NCBI GenBank assembly: GCA_001817065.1
Contig: MHHQ01000009.1
Coordinates: forward strand, 16,211 to 80,210
Reading direction: 5' to 3'
Length of the DNA stretch: 64,000 nt
Origin: Candidatus Andersenbacteria bacterium RIFCSPHIGHO2_02_FULL_46_16
Lineage (GTDB): Bacteria; Patescibacteriota; Andersenbacteria; UBA10190
The first letter of the stretch is position 1; each line of letters opens with the position of its first letter. Made by a program: the position numbers and the translations under genes. Positions 9,599 to 18,642 of this stretch are shown here, one piece after another. A model generated the notes under the pieces. It was not told where the DNA came from. It ran no database searches and saw only the letters and a list, made by a program, of their open reading frames with translations.

Positions 9599-9994
9599 AT
9601 GCTCGCACAATCCTTATGTGTGGTTCCTTTTATGTTATGTCGAGGCCTTTTTTGCAAGGACGTTGGTATGGGTAAGCTGCATGAATTCTCTTTCCGATCC
9701 ATGTTTGGACGGGACATTAGTGATGGGGATGTGAGAAGGATGTGCAAAGGAATGACGTGTTGTTTATCCGGAAAACAGATTAAGCACGATACCTGGCTGG
9801 CGATCGTACGAAAGCGGGGGAAATTGTGCGTTTGTTTACCGGAGCATGTCAATGGCCACGAAACTTGCGTTCCAACAAGAGAGATGGTCGAGAAGTTAGT
9901 ACCGGGTCTGAGCAGTATGAACTTAACAGTACTGGATCGCTATTCGACGGGAACACGGAAGAGGAAACGGGCGAAAGCTGTTGCTGGTGTTTAA
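9599..9994 (+). CDS. Hypothetical Cys-containing basic protein (start uncertain)
   Basis: ORF with CCLSG and CVCLPEH; no recognised family. Confidence 0.45.
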   Translation: MLAQSLCVVPFMLCRGLFCKDVGMGKLHEFSFRSMFGRDISDGDVRRMCKGMTCCLSGKQIKHDTWLAIVRKRGKLCVCLPEHVNGHETCVPTREMVEKLVPGLSSMNLTVLDRYSTGTRKRKRAKAVAGV

Positions 9995-10046
9995 CGATGG
10001 TAGCGGGTGTTGTTGCTTTTTTCCTTGATCTCATTGGAGTATTGGA

Positions 10047-10196
10047 ATGACGAAGAAACCTGATGGGAAGAACAAGAAGCGATTGGTGACCAGCGGTTCT
10101 GGAGAGGGTATCTTCTATAACCCCCCAAAAACGATACGGCGTCACAAAGCTCCTGGGCCCAATGTCCGTGTTTACCTGCCGCCGACCCGAAAATAG
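10047..10196 (+). CDS. 49-aa basic microprotein (not in ORF track)
   Basis: GGAG upstream; MTKKPDGKNKKRLV...LPPTRK; terminator follows. Confidence 0.4.
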   Translation: MTKKPDGKNKKRLVTSGSGEGIFYNPPKTIRRHKAPGPNVRVYLPPTRK

Positions 10197-10220
10197 CGAA
10201 GGCATCGAGATATTCTCTTT

Positions 10221-10272
10221 AGGCGAATCTGTTCACTGCTTTACTCTAAGCAAACAGACTCGCCTTTTTTTC
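10221..10272 (+). terminator. Rho-independent terminator
   Basis: aggcgaatctgtt...aacagactcgcc followed by T-run. Confidence 0.65.
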
Positions 10273-10299
10273 TTGGCAAAGATGTGTTGAACTATAAGA

Positions 10300-11037
10300 A
10301 TGATTGAGTTATTTCCCAGCCGAGAAGTAGCACTGGGTATTGGCAGCTGGTCAGTGCATTGGTATGGGGTGTTGTATGTGCTGGCGTTTGGGATGGGCCT
10401 TGGGCTAGCGCTCCGACTGCAAAAGTATCGGGGATTACACCTTAGGGCAGGCGAGTGGCTAGAGGTCGTTACATGGGTGATGGCAGGGGTGCTGATCGGG
10501 GGACGGCTGGGGTATGTGCTATTGTATGGTCGAGAATATTTCTGGGAGCAACCCGGGCAAATCTTTAATTTAGGGCAAGGCGGTATGGCTAGTCATGGCG
10601 GGTTTGTTGGTGTGGCCATAGCGTTATGGTTGGCAAGCCGGTTACAAAAATTAAATTATTGGCAATTGATGGATGTAGTGGTGGTACCGATAGCACTTGG
10701 TTTGTCTTTGGGGCGGATTGGCAATGTGATTAACCAAGAAATATTTACTACGCTGCTAGCGCAAATCTTGGCAGTAGGGAAAGATTTAGTGATTGCCGGA
10801 GTTGTTTGGTGGCATTTGCGTCGAGCAAAAGGACGAGCAGGAAAGACGACGGCATTATTTTTAGGGATGTACGGGGTTCTGCGTTTTTTGATTGAGTATG
10901 GGCGCGAGCAGGCTTGGCCGATCGTATCGGGTCTGACACGCGGACAATGGTATACGGTACCGATTATAGTAGCAGGAGTGGGATTGTGGTGGTATTTTAA
11001 GCAGACGGATGATCAAGCTAAGACAACAAGTAAATGA
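10300..11037 (+). CDS. lgt: Prolipoprotein diacylglyceryl transferase (shortened)
   Basis: VHWYG, GGRLGYV, GGMASHGG, GRIGNVINQE, YGVLRFLIEYGRE. Confidence 0.88.
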   Translation: MIELFPSREVALGIGSWSVHWYGVLYVLAFGMGLGLALRLQKYRGLHLRAGEWLEVVTWVMAGVLIGGRLGYVLLYGREYFWEQPGQIFNLGQGGMASHGGFVGVAIALWLASRLQKLNYWQLMDVVVVPIALGLSLGRIGNVINQEIFTTLLAQILAVGKDLVIAGVVWWHLRRAKGRAGKTTALFLGMYGVLRFLIEYGREQAWPIVSGLTRGQWYTVPIIVAGVGLWWYFKQTDDQAKTTSK

Positions 11038-14000
11038 CCATGTAAGAGCTAGGCAGGAACTGCGTGCCCATTTCGCGGAGCTTTATAAACAGCTTAATCC
11101 AGAGCAGCGCGAGGCGGTGGATACTATTGAAGGGCCGGTGATGGTAATGGCCGGGCCGGGTACGGGAAAAACACAAGTATTAACGATGAGGATCGCTAAC
11201 ATTTTGCGCCAGACGGATACTGACGCGAGCAGCATTTTATGTTTAACGTTTACGGAGTCAGCCGCCGCCGCGATGCGAGAGAGGCTGCTGAATATAATTG
11301 GCACGGACGCATATCGGGTACGAATTGGTACCTTCCATGCTTTTTGTAACGACATCATTCAAGAGAATCCGGAAAAATTTGCTTTGGCGCGGGAATGGCA
11401 GGCGTTGTCTGAAGCGGAACGGATTGAGATGCTGTGTGATGAGATAGATCGGCTTCCGGCAACTAGTCCATTGAAACCTTTTGGCAGTCCCTATTTATTT
11501 TTACCGGACATTATTGAAAACTTGCAGTGGTTGAAAAAGGAAGGAGTCGAGGCGGAGGAATTAAAACAGTTAGTGCAAAGCAGCCGAACTTTAATTGAAG
11601 AAATTGGGCCACTGGTGAGTGACTATTGTGGGCAGCGGGCAACTGATAGAACAGAGCAGGCAATCAATGTTTTAATTGAAGAGCTCAAGAGACGACAACG
11701 GGTTACTATGGCAAGAAAGGCAGTATGGCAGCAGGTTCAGGAAGTAGTGGTGGACTATGCAGAGGCGGAGAAGCAGGCAGAAAACAAAAGAGAGCTGGGG
11801 AAGGCGCGAACCCAATTTAAGAATAAGTTAAAAAATCTTTTAGACGGGATTACTAAACAAGCGCCGCGGCAAGAGCAACTGGTGCAGCTGTACCAAGGTT
11901 ATCAGAAACGACTGAAAGAGATGGGACGATATGACTTTGATGACATGATAATGCAGGTGTTAGCAGCATTGGAAAAAGATGATGAATTGCTGGCGCAAAA
12001 CCAAGAGAGGTGGCAATACATATTAGTCGATGAATACCAGGACACTAACGGAGCGCAAAATGAGGTGGTCAATTTGATCAGTTGTTGGCACGATGCGCCT
12101 AACGTATTCGTCGTAGGTGATGATAAACAATCAATCTTCCGTTTTCAAGGCGCATCACTAGAAAATTTACTTAGTTTTTGGCAGCGTTACCAGAAACAAA
12201 TAAAGGTAATTGCACTGAAGAAGAATTACCGCAGCCACCAATTAATTTTGGATGCTGCCGCGCAGCTGATTAGCCATAATCGGGAATCGGTGGCGCGTTA
12301 TGTGCCAGGAACCAAAGCAACATTAACGGCAGCGAATGGCAATCAGACAGAAAAGATAGAGGAGATGAAATTTGAGACGGAGGAGATGGAAGGATACGGT
12401 GTGGCACAGCGGATTAAAGGTTTGATTGAAGAAGGAGTGGCGTTGGCTGAAATAGCGGTGTTAGGACGCTACAACAGAGACATAGAAGAGATGGGTGAAA
12501 TACTAACTAAAATGGGAATACCGGTCGCTTTGCAGGTGGGATTTAACGTGCTGCGTGAGGTCCGGGTTCAGCAATTTAAACGTTTAGTGGAATGGGCGAT
12601 AAACCTGGAGCATGAAGAGAGGTTAGCTGACGTTTTGCAATATGATTGGTGGGGATTTAAACCCTTAGACGTTTTGAAAGTGATTTATTTTGCTGGCCAT
12701 AACCGCGAGGGGCTGCTGGGCGTGATTATGAATGAGCAAAAGCTAAAGCAGGCGGAAGTCGAGCAGCCAGAAATATTTATGGAATGGGCAACGAAGGTTG
12801 CCAAGTGGAAGCGGATTTTGGTCAACCAGCCGTTAATATATGTGTTTGACGAATTGCTGAATGACACAGGGTTGTTAAAACGAATTTTACATGAACCGAA
12901 CGGATTGAATATTCTGCATGCGCTGAATGCCTTATTTGGTGAGCTGAAACAAATGAGTGAAGGAAAGCCGGATTTAACAATGGAGGATTTTATCGATCGA
13001 TTGGCTTTAATGGAAGAGAATCGTTTGCCATTAACGGCCGAAGCAGGACTTACGGGCAGTAAGGCGGTTCGTTTAATGACGGCGCATAAAGCAAAGGGTT
13101 TGGAATTTGAGCACGTCTTTATTATTAAGCTGGTGGATAGGCATTGGGGCAACCAGCAGAGCCGGACGAAATTATCCCTGCCAGCTGGCATTGTGAGGTT
13201 TGATCCTGTGACAGGACAGGAAAATGATGAGGATGAAAGACGCTTATTTTATGTCGCACTAACGAGAGCAAAAAAGCGGTTATATTGGTCTTATTCCCAA
13301 TATAACGTTAACGGGCGCGAGCAAATACCGGCGCAGTTCCGGGGTGAAATTGGCACAGAGCTGGTGGAACAGAAGGTTTGGCCGGCTGACCAAACTCATA
13401 TCCAAGAGCGAGCACACGTGGCGCATCGGCGGACGGAAAGCAAAGTTAATAGCGAGATGATTAGAGGCTGGGCAGATGAGAAATTAAAAAATTACATTAT
13501 GAGCGTAACGCATCTCAACTACTATTTAGAGTGTCCCCGGATGTTTTATTACCGTAGTTTTTTGCATGTACCGGCGGCTAAAAATAAGCACTTGGCTTTT
13601 GGTACGGCGGTGCATGGTGCGTTATATGATGCGTGGCAGATGGCTAAGCAGACTAAGCAAGTGTCAGAAAAATTTCTGTTAGACCGTTTTAACAAGCGGC
13701 TGCGACGGGAAATATTGTCGGTGAAGGATAGGAAAGACAGTTTGGTGATGGGTGAGGCGGCTTTGCGAGAATATTTCCGGTTTTATGGAATAGCGCCTAG
13801 CCAAAAGATTGAGCTGGAATATAGTTTTCGACGGCATGGGGTGATGGTGGGGGAATTACCGTTAACCGGGCAATTAGACAAAATTGAATACCTGAATAAT
13901 GAACAGGTGAAAGTAGTGGATTATAAGACAGGTAATCCAGACAGTGCTTATAAAGAAAGCCGACCGGGCGGAAAGTATTACCGGCAGTTGGTGTTTTATA

Positions 14001-14242
14001 AATTGCTGTGCGACGAATCGCAAAGATTTAATCATCAGATGGTGAGCGGCGTGTTGGATTTTATTCAGCCGAGTAAGCGTCGGGGGAAACTGGTCCGGAT
14101 GGATTATGTAATTACACCCAAAGAAGTGGCGGAATTGAAGGAAACGATCGAAGGGGTATGGGCAGATATTAAAACTTTGCGGTTCATGGAAGAGGAAGCG
14201 GGATGCGGCGTGTGTGAGTATTGTACGGCCGGGTGGCGATGA
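11009..14242 (+). CDS. UvrD/REP-family helicase fused to C-terminal PD-(D/E)XK nuclease with Fe-S staple cysteines
   Basis: AGPGTGKT, VDEYQD, GDDKQSIFRFQGA, MTAHKAKGLEF, YVALTRAK; YLECPR...GQLDKIE...VVDYKTG...CGVCEYC. Confidence 0.92.
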   Translation: MIKLRQQVNDHVRARQELRAHFAELYKQLNPEQREAVDTIEGPVMVMAGPGTGKTQVLTMRIANILRQTDTDASSILCLTFTESAAAAMRERLLNIIGTDAYRVRIGTFHAFCNDIIQENPEKFALAREWQALSEAERIEMLCDEIDRLPATSPLKPFGSPYLFLPDIIENLQWLKKEGVEAEELKQLVQSSRTLIEEIGPLVSDYCGQRATDRTEQAINVLIEELKRRQRVTMARKAVWQQVQEVVVDYAEAEKQAENKRELGKARTQFKNKLKNLLDGITKQAPRQEQLVQLYQGYQKRLKEMGRYDFDDMIMQVLAALEKDDELLAQNQERWQYILVDEYQDTNGAQNEVVNLISCWHDAPNVFVVGDDKQSIFRFQGASLENLLSFWQRYQKQIKVIALKKNYRSHQLILDAAAQLISHNRESVARYVPGTKATLTAANGNQTEKIEEMKFETEEMEGYGVAQRIKGLIEEGVALAEIAVLGRYNRDIEEMGEILTKMGIPVALQVGFNVLREVRVQQFKRLVEWAINLEHEERLADVLQYDWWGFKPLDVLKVIYFAGHNREGLLGVIMNEQKLKQAEVEQPEIFMEWATKVAKWKRILVNQPLIYVFDELLNDTGLLKRILHEPNGLNILHALNALFGELKQMSEGKPDLTMEDFIDRLALMEENRLPLTAEAGLTGSKAVRLMTAHKAKGLEFEHVFIIKLVDRHWGNQQSRTKLSLPAGIVRFDPVTGQENDEDERRLFYVALTRAKKRLYWSYSQYNVNGREQIPAQFRGEIGTELVEQKVWPADQTHIQERAHVAHRRTESKVNSEMIRGWADEKLKNYIMSVTHLNYYLECPRMFYYRSFLHVPAAKNKHLAFGTAVHGALYDAWQMAKQTKQVSEKFLLDRFNKRLRREILSVKDRKDSLVMGEAALREYFRFYGIAPSQKIELEYSFRRHGVMVGELPLTGQLDKIEYLNNEQVKVVDYKTGNPDSAYKESRPGGKYYRQLVFYKLLCDESQRFNHQMVSGVLDFIQPSKRRGKLVRMDYVITPKEVAELKETIEGVWADIKTLRFMEEEAGCGVCEYCTAGWR

Positions 14243-14282
14243 AAGCTGGTGAAAAAGAAACGAAGTTGATATAATATTGGCG

Positions 14283-14885
14283 ATGAAGAATATCGGTTTA
14301 ATTGGGTTGGTGATAGTGTTATTAGTTGTGTTTGGAGGTTATTGGTCGTATCGAGCAACCGTGCCGGAAGCAGATAGTCCGGCCCAGGTTACTGATAATA
14401 ATGTGAACGAGGCTGGTACGCAGTTTATTCAAATGAAACCGGATAGTTTGCCGCCGATTATCGACGATGAGGCGGGTGTGTCTGTAGAACCAGAAATTCC
14501 GGCAGCGAATAAAAATAACGAAAAGAATGGGGTGGTTAGCGGAGCGCAGGATGAAAATGCGAATCAAACTAATAATGAAACTAAGGAAGATAGCCAAACA
14601 ACAGTTGATCAGCCGGGGGTGGTGGTATCTATGACTGATACCGGATTCTTTCCTTCGCTGATAACGGTCAAGGCTGGAACAAAAGTAAGTTTTGTTAATG
14701 ATGGGCAAGCGTTGCATTGGCCGGCGTCAGATCCGCATCCGGCTCATGATGGTTTAGCGGGATTTGATGCGGGCAGCGGAGTAGCGACCGGAGAAAGTTA
14801 CGTTTTTCAATTTGACCAACCAGGAGAGTGGAGTTTTCACGATCACTTATCTGTGGATCAGACGGGAAAGATAATTGTTGAGTAA
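14283..14885 (+). CDS. Membrane-anchored cupredoxin-domain protein
   Basis: N-terminal TM, linker, F.P..ITVKAGTKVSFVN, HWPASDPHPAH, GEWSFHDHL. Confidence 0.75.
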   Translation: MKNIGLIGLVIVLLVVFGGYWSYRATVPEADSPAQVTDNNVNEAGTQFIQMKPDSLPPIIDDEAGVSVEPEIPAANKNNEKNGVVSGAQDENANQTNNETKEDSQTTVDQPGVVVSMTDTGFFPSLITVKAGTKVSFVNDGQALHWPASDPHPAHDGLAGFDAGSGVATGESYVFQFDQPGEWSFHDHLSVDQTGKIIVE

Positions 14886-14943
14886 ACCGCTTAGAAGTTT
14901 ATTAGCGGGCAGTTAGGACAAGGCTAAGTTAGGGGAGATTATT

Positions 14944-16347
14944 ATGCTAACAGTGACGTTTTATGGGGGAGCAGGCGGTGTAACCGGGTCTAAGCATTTA
15001 GTGGAAGTGAATGGCAAGCGAACCTTGCTGGACTGCGGCACCTTTCAGGGGTTGTCTGATGTGCGGGAAAGAAATCGCGTCTTACCTTTTCGACCGGAAA
15101 CGATTGATCGGGTAGTGTTGTCGCATGCACATATCGACCACTGTGGGATGCTGTTGGTTTTAGTAAAACGGGGTTTTGCCGGGCCGATTTTTGTGACCGC
15201 GGCAACTAAAGAAGTAGTTAATTATATGTTGTTGGACATGGTGGGTATTGAAGCGGGTGATGCAGAGTTTAGACGGAAACATAAAATTGGTGCACCGGAT
15301 GAGCGAGAACCTTTGTTTGTCGAAGAAGATGTGGCGCCGGTGATGGAGCAATTTGTGGAGGTGCCATACGTGAGAGAGAGTAAGGAGTGGTATAAGATTG
15401 ACGATGATACGGAGCTCAAGTTTTATGACGCTGGTCATATCTTAGGATCAGCGGTTAGTGTGTTGCGGTTTAAGTCGAGCGATATCACGATGGCATATAC
15501 AGGAGACCTAGGGCAAGTGGGCATGCCGCTGCTCTTTGATCCAGAGGTGCCAACTGAAGAAGTGCAGTTTGTCATTTGTGAGAGCACTTATGGCAGCCGC
15601 AAGCATCAGCCATTACAGCAGGCATTAGACAGAATGGCAGACGTAATGAAGCAGACGTGTGCGCGAGGCGGCAAAATGATTGTGCCAGCTTTTTCTTTGG
15701 GCAGGACCCAAGAGCTGGTTTATTGGTTGCATAAAATGGTTGATGATAAACAAATCCCTCGATTTCCGATATATGTTGATTCACCCCTGGCAACTGATTT
15801 AACAGAGGTTTATCGGCATCATCGTGATGATTATGACGAGGAGTCTTGGACAGATTTTCCGCGAGCAGATGACAGGCCGCTAGCTTTTAGTAATTTGCGC
15901 TATGTTACGTCACGCAGCGAATCGATGAGTTTGAATAAAAAGCCAGGTCCTTTCATGGTGATTTCCGCTTCGGGTATGATGTCAGCCGGACGAGTGGTGC
16001 ATCACCTGAAGCACAATTTGTCTGATCCAAATAACGTAATTTTTGTGACAGGCTACCAAGCAGAGGGGACGTTAGGACGCAGGATATTAGAAGGGGCAAA
16101 AAGTGTGGAGATATTTGGCGAGCAGATAAGAGTTAAGGCGCAGGTGGAATTACTTAATGAGCTATCGGCGCATGCCGATCGTGATCAATTACAGCATTAC
16201 TTAGAACGCATCAAGGGATTAAAACAAGTAGCCTTGGTACATGGGGAGCCGCATCAAGCAGGCGATTTTAGGAGGCAATTGCAACAAGCTCATCCAGAAT
16301 GGACAGTGACGAGGCCGGAGGAAGGAGAAGTACTTGAGGTCAGTTAG
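14944..16347 (+). CDS. MBL-fold beta-CASP ribonuclease
   Basis: SHAHIDHCG, AGHILGS, ESTYG, GRTQE, SAHAD, LVHGE. Confidence 0.92.
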   Translation: MLTVTFYGGAGGVTGSKHLVEVNGKRTLLDCGTFQGLSDVRERNRVLPFRPETIDRVVLSHAHIDHCGMLLVLVKRGFAGPIFVTAATKEVVNYMLLDMVGIEAGDAEFRRKHKIGAPDEREPLFVEEDVAPVMEQFVEVPYVRESKEWYKIDDDTELKFYDAGHILGSAVSVLRFKSSDITMAYTGDLGQVGMPLLFDPEVPTEEVQFVICESTYGSRKHQPLQQALDRMADVMKQTCARGGKMIVPAFSLGRTQELVYWLHKMVDDKQIPRFPIYVDSPLATDLTEVYRHHRDDYDEESWTDFPRADDRPLAFSNLRYVTSRSESMSLNKKPGPFMVISASGMMSAGRVVHHLKHNLSDPNNVIFVTGYQAEGTLGRRILEGAKSVEIFGEQIRVKAQVELLNELSAHADRDQLQHYLERIKGLKQVALVHGEPHQAGDFRRQLQQAHPEWTVTRPEEGEVLEVS

Positions 16348-16420
16348 AATTTAGCAGGGACTTCCTCAAGTAAAATAAAAAACTAATATTTATTACGAAA
16401 AAGTTGATGACGGGTGAGGC

Positions 16421-16642
16421 TTAATGTTTAGGAGTGCGCCATTTATTATGCGTCGGATGCCACTGGGCGTTATGGGTATCAGCTGATTTTATGTTTTTGG
16501 CATATTTATCACTAATTGAACTTTTGCCCCATGCACCCATGGTGTTGCCGGCAATAATCCCTAGCATGATTCCTGGGCCGAACCCGGTAATGGCATAAAG
16601 AACCACATAGGATAGAGTTTGCAGAATAATAATGATGGCCAT
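16421..16642 (-). CDS. Small membrane protein, hypothetical
   Basis: Hydrophobic N-half; starts 3 nt after the stop of the upstream microORF. Confidence 0.5.
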   Translation of the reverse strand: MAIIIILQTLSYVVLYAITGFGPGIMLGIIAGNTMGAWGKSSISDKYAKNIKSADTHNAQWHPTHNKWRTPKH

Positions 16643-16645
16643 ACC

Positions 16646-16762
16646 TTACCGCACTTTTGTGTTACTCGCTGACGCTAGAGTCCAGACGATGAAAAACCCC
16701 AGGACGAAGCCGGCTAAAAAGAAGGCTCCCCAAAGGGAAATATGGTTTAACAAGGTAAGCAT
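16646..16762 (-). CDS. 38-aa single-TM microprotein (not in ORF track)
   Basis: MLTLLNHISLWGAFFLAGFVLGFFIVWTLASASNTKVR; TAA-ggt-ATG spacing to next ORF. Confidence 0.5.
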   Translation of the reverse strand: MLTLLNHISLWGAFFLAGFVLGFFIVWTLASASNTKVR

Positions 16763-16930
16763 AGGACAGTTTGATTATATCTAAGTTTACCTGGCATCCA
16801 CAACATGCGTAAGCCTTAATATTATAGTGCAAATGAAGGCCAGCGGTCGTATTAGGAATACCCCGATTTTGGTAAACACTCACGCTAGCGAAGTTATCTT
16901 AATTATTTATGCTTAGTTAAGTTTTTTCTT

Positions 16931-17006
16931 GTCATTGCCCGGCTTAACCGGGCAATCCAGCTAATCATAAAAAATGGCTCTGGATTCCCGCTTTCGCGGG
17001 AATGAC
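16931..17006. repeat. Paired REP-like palindromes (GTCATT...ATCCAG type)
   Basis: gtcattgcccggcttaaccgggcaatccag and inverted ctggattcccgctttcgcgggaatgac. Confidence 0.75.
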
Positions 17007-17019
17007 TTCGGAGGAGTGA

Positions 17020-17310
17020 GTGTTTACGATTTTGGCCCTTGTATATATACTTGCTTTGTGGTACTATATACGAGTGAAACAAAAGAAAAACCAGGAGGAG
17101 GATGTAAATTTTATCGGAGCTACGACTGATGGCTTTATAAAATATTACAATGAAAACATCCCTGCTTCTTTTCCACGGGCTACACTTAAGATATTGAAAA
17201 AATTTCAAGCATTATATCCAGCGCTTTTTAAAGAAGGCAGTGAATGGACTATAAACCGGCACCGGAAAAAATTAATGGATTGGCTGTCTTCGTATCGGGA
17301 CGAGGATTAA
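17020..17310 (+). CDS. Hypothetical protein with N-terminal TM
   Basis: GGAGG before GTG; terminator-like hairpin at 17337-17366. Confidence 0.6.
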   Translation: MFTILALVYILALWYYIRVKQKKNQEEDVNFIGATTDGFIKYYNENIPASFPRATLKILKKFQALYPALFKEGSEWTINRHRKKLMDWLSSYRDED

Positions 17311-17478
17311 ATACCTGACAAATTTTCAAGTTAATGATCAGGCACTAGATGAGCGCCTGATTTTTGAGGGTAAAAAGTTGACAGTAATTTATGGTAAAAA
17401 ATAATAGAAAGTGCGGACGGCGTTGTAATGGGTGTTGTAATGGGGGAACTTTATGGAGATGTAGTATATAATTTACTT

Positions 17479-17874
17479 ATGAATGAATATGACTGGTATG
17501 CGCAGCTGAGTAAGCCAGTATGGTCGCCGCCAGCGGAAATTTTTGGTCTGGTGTGGATAGTGCTTTATGCTTTGATTGCGTTCTCGTTCGGCAAAGTTTT
17601 TTACATGGCTTGGCGAAGAGAAGTACCAGGTTATGTGGTCTGGCCGTTTGTGCTAAATCTTGTCTTCAATGCTGCTTTTACGCCGCTGCAATTTGGGTTA
17701 AAAAGTAATCTTCTGGCGGCGGCTGATATATTATTAGTATTGGGAACATTGGTTTGGGGGATGGCGGCCATATATTCATACCGACGCTACCTTGTTTATC
17801 TGCAAATACCTTATTTGTTGTGGGTAGGTTTTGCCACGTTTTTACAATTAACGATTACTTATTTAAACAGATAG
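17479..17874 (+). CDS. tspO: TspO/MBR tryptophan-rich sensory protein
   Basis: WYAQLSKPVWSPP...FGLVW...LY, PYLLWVGFATFL. Confidence 0.9.
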   Translation: MNEYDWYAQLSKPVWSPPAEIFGLVWIVLYALIAFSFGKVFYMAWRREVPGYVVWPFVLNLVFNAAFTPLQFGLKSNLLAAADILLVLGTLVWGMAAIYSYRRYLVYLQIPYLLWVGFATFLQLTITYLNR

Positions 17875-17879
17875 TTTTA

Positions 17880-17966
17880 ATGGATGAAACATATAAAAAT
17901 TGCCAAAGTTGCGGGATGCCGATTAAGAAAGATCCGCAAGGCGGGGGAATGAATGTTGATGGAAGC
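17880..17966 (+). pseudogene. Truncated zinc-ribbon protein (CQSCGMP family)
   Basis: MDETYKNCQSCGMPIKKDPQGGGMNVDGS, then the expected YCxxC half is missing. Confidence 0.7.
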
Positions 17967-18000
17967 TGTGTACGCCGGCGATTGGTCTTGCGAGGGAAAA

Positions 18001-18297
18001 ATGTACATACATATCGCGCTTTTTAGGTGGAAACCGGGTGTCGAGCCCGAGGAAATTAAGCGTGCACTTCGGGAAGTGGAGTCGCTCAAGGACAAAGTAC
18101 CTGGCGTGGTAGATATTAGCACTGGTAGAAACAGTTCTCGCTATTCTGCGGGATACACGCATGTCGTGTTGGTACGTGCCGAAAGCCAAGAAGCAATCGA
18201 TGCGTATCGGCAACATCCCGATCATGTGAACGTTGCCCAAAAGATCGATGCGATGGAGGAACACGGTATTGGTGTGGATTTAATGACGAATACATAG
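18001..18297 (+). CDS. Dabb family stress-responsive A/B barrel protein
   Basis: HIALFRWK, GYTHVVLV, AYRQHPDH. Confidence 0.88.
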   Translation: MYIHIALFRWKPGVEPEEIKRALREVESLKDKVPGVVDISTGRNSSRYSAGYTHVVLVRAESQEAIDAYRQHPDHVNVAQKIDAMEEHGIGVDLMTNT

Positions 18298-18460
18298 CGG
18301 TCTATAGAAGTAGATGTCGTGGTATAGGATGGAAGGCCGGGAGATGGGGATGTGGTCTTAGGTGGCGGACATGGCTTTAAGGTTAGTTAGAACTGCTCAA
18401 CAACCAATTTAGCAGCCGCTTTGATGGGTAACAAAGACGCCAGAGACTGACAGGAAAGAG

Positions 18461-18593
18461 TAACTGCTCACAGGTTAAGGGTGGATTACTAGGTTAAGCC
18501 ATATTTAGAGCCAGAAAAAGAAGGTTTTCTTAAAAGTGAAAAATTATAACGTCTTATCTTAGCCAATAGTCTTCCTCGACCAGTGAGCAGTTA
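18461..18593. mobile_element. 133-bp MITE with 20-bp TIRs and 10-bp TSD (family D)
   Basis: TIRs taactgctcacaggttaagg / cctcgaccagtgagcagtta; direct repeat CAGGAAAGAG at 18451-18460 and 18594-18603. Confidence 0.85.
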
Positions 18594-18642
18594 CAGGAAA
18601 GAGTCTGGACAGATGGAAGATGATATACTATAACAATCTCTT

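Noticed and set aside
11009..14242. Helicase-nuclease fusion as a novel defence system
   Set aside because: Architecture matches known UvrD/AdnAB-like repair enzymes and the context is housekeeping
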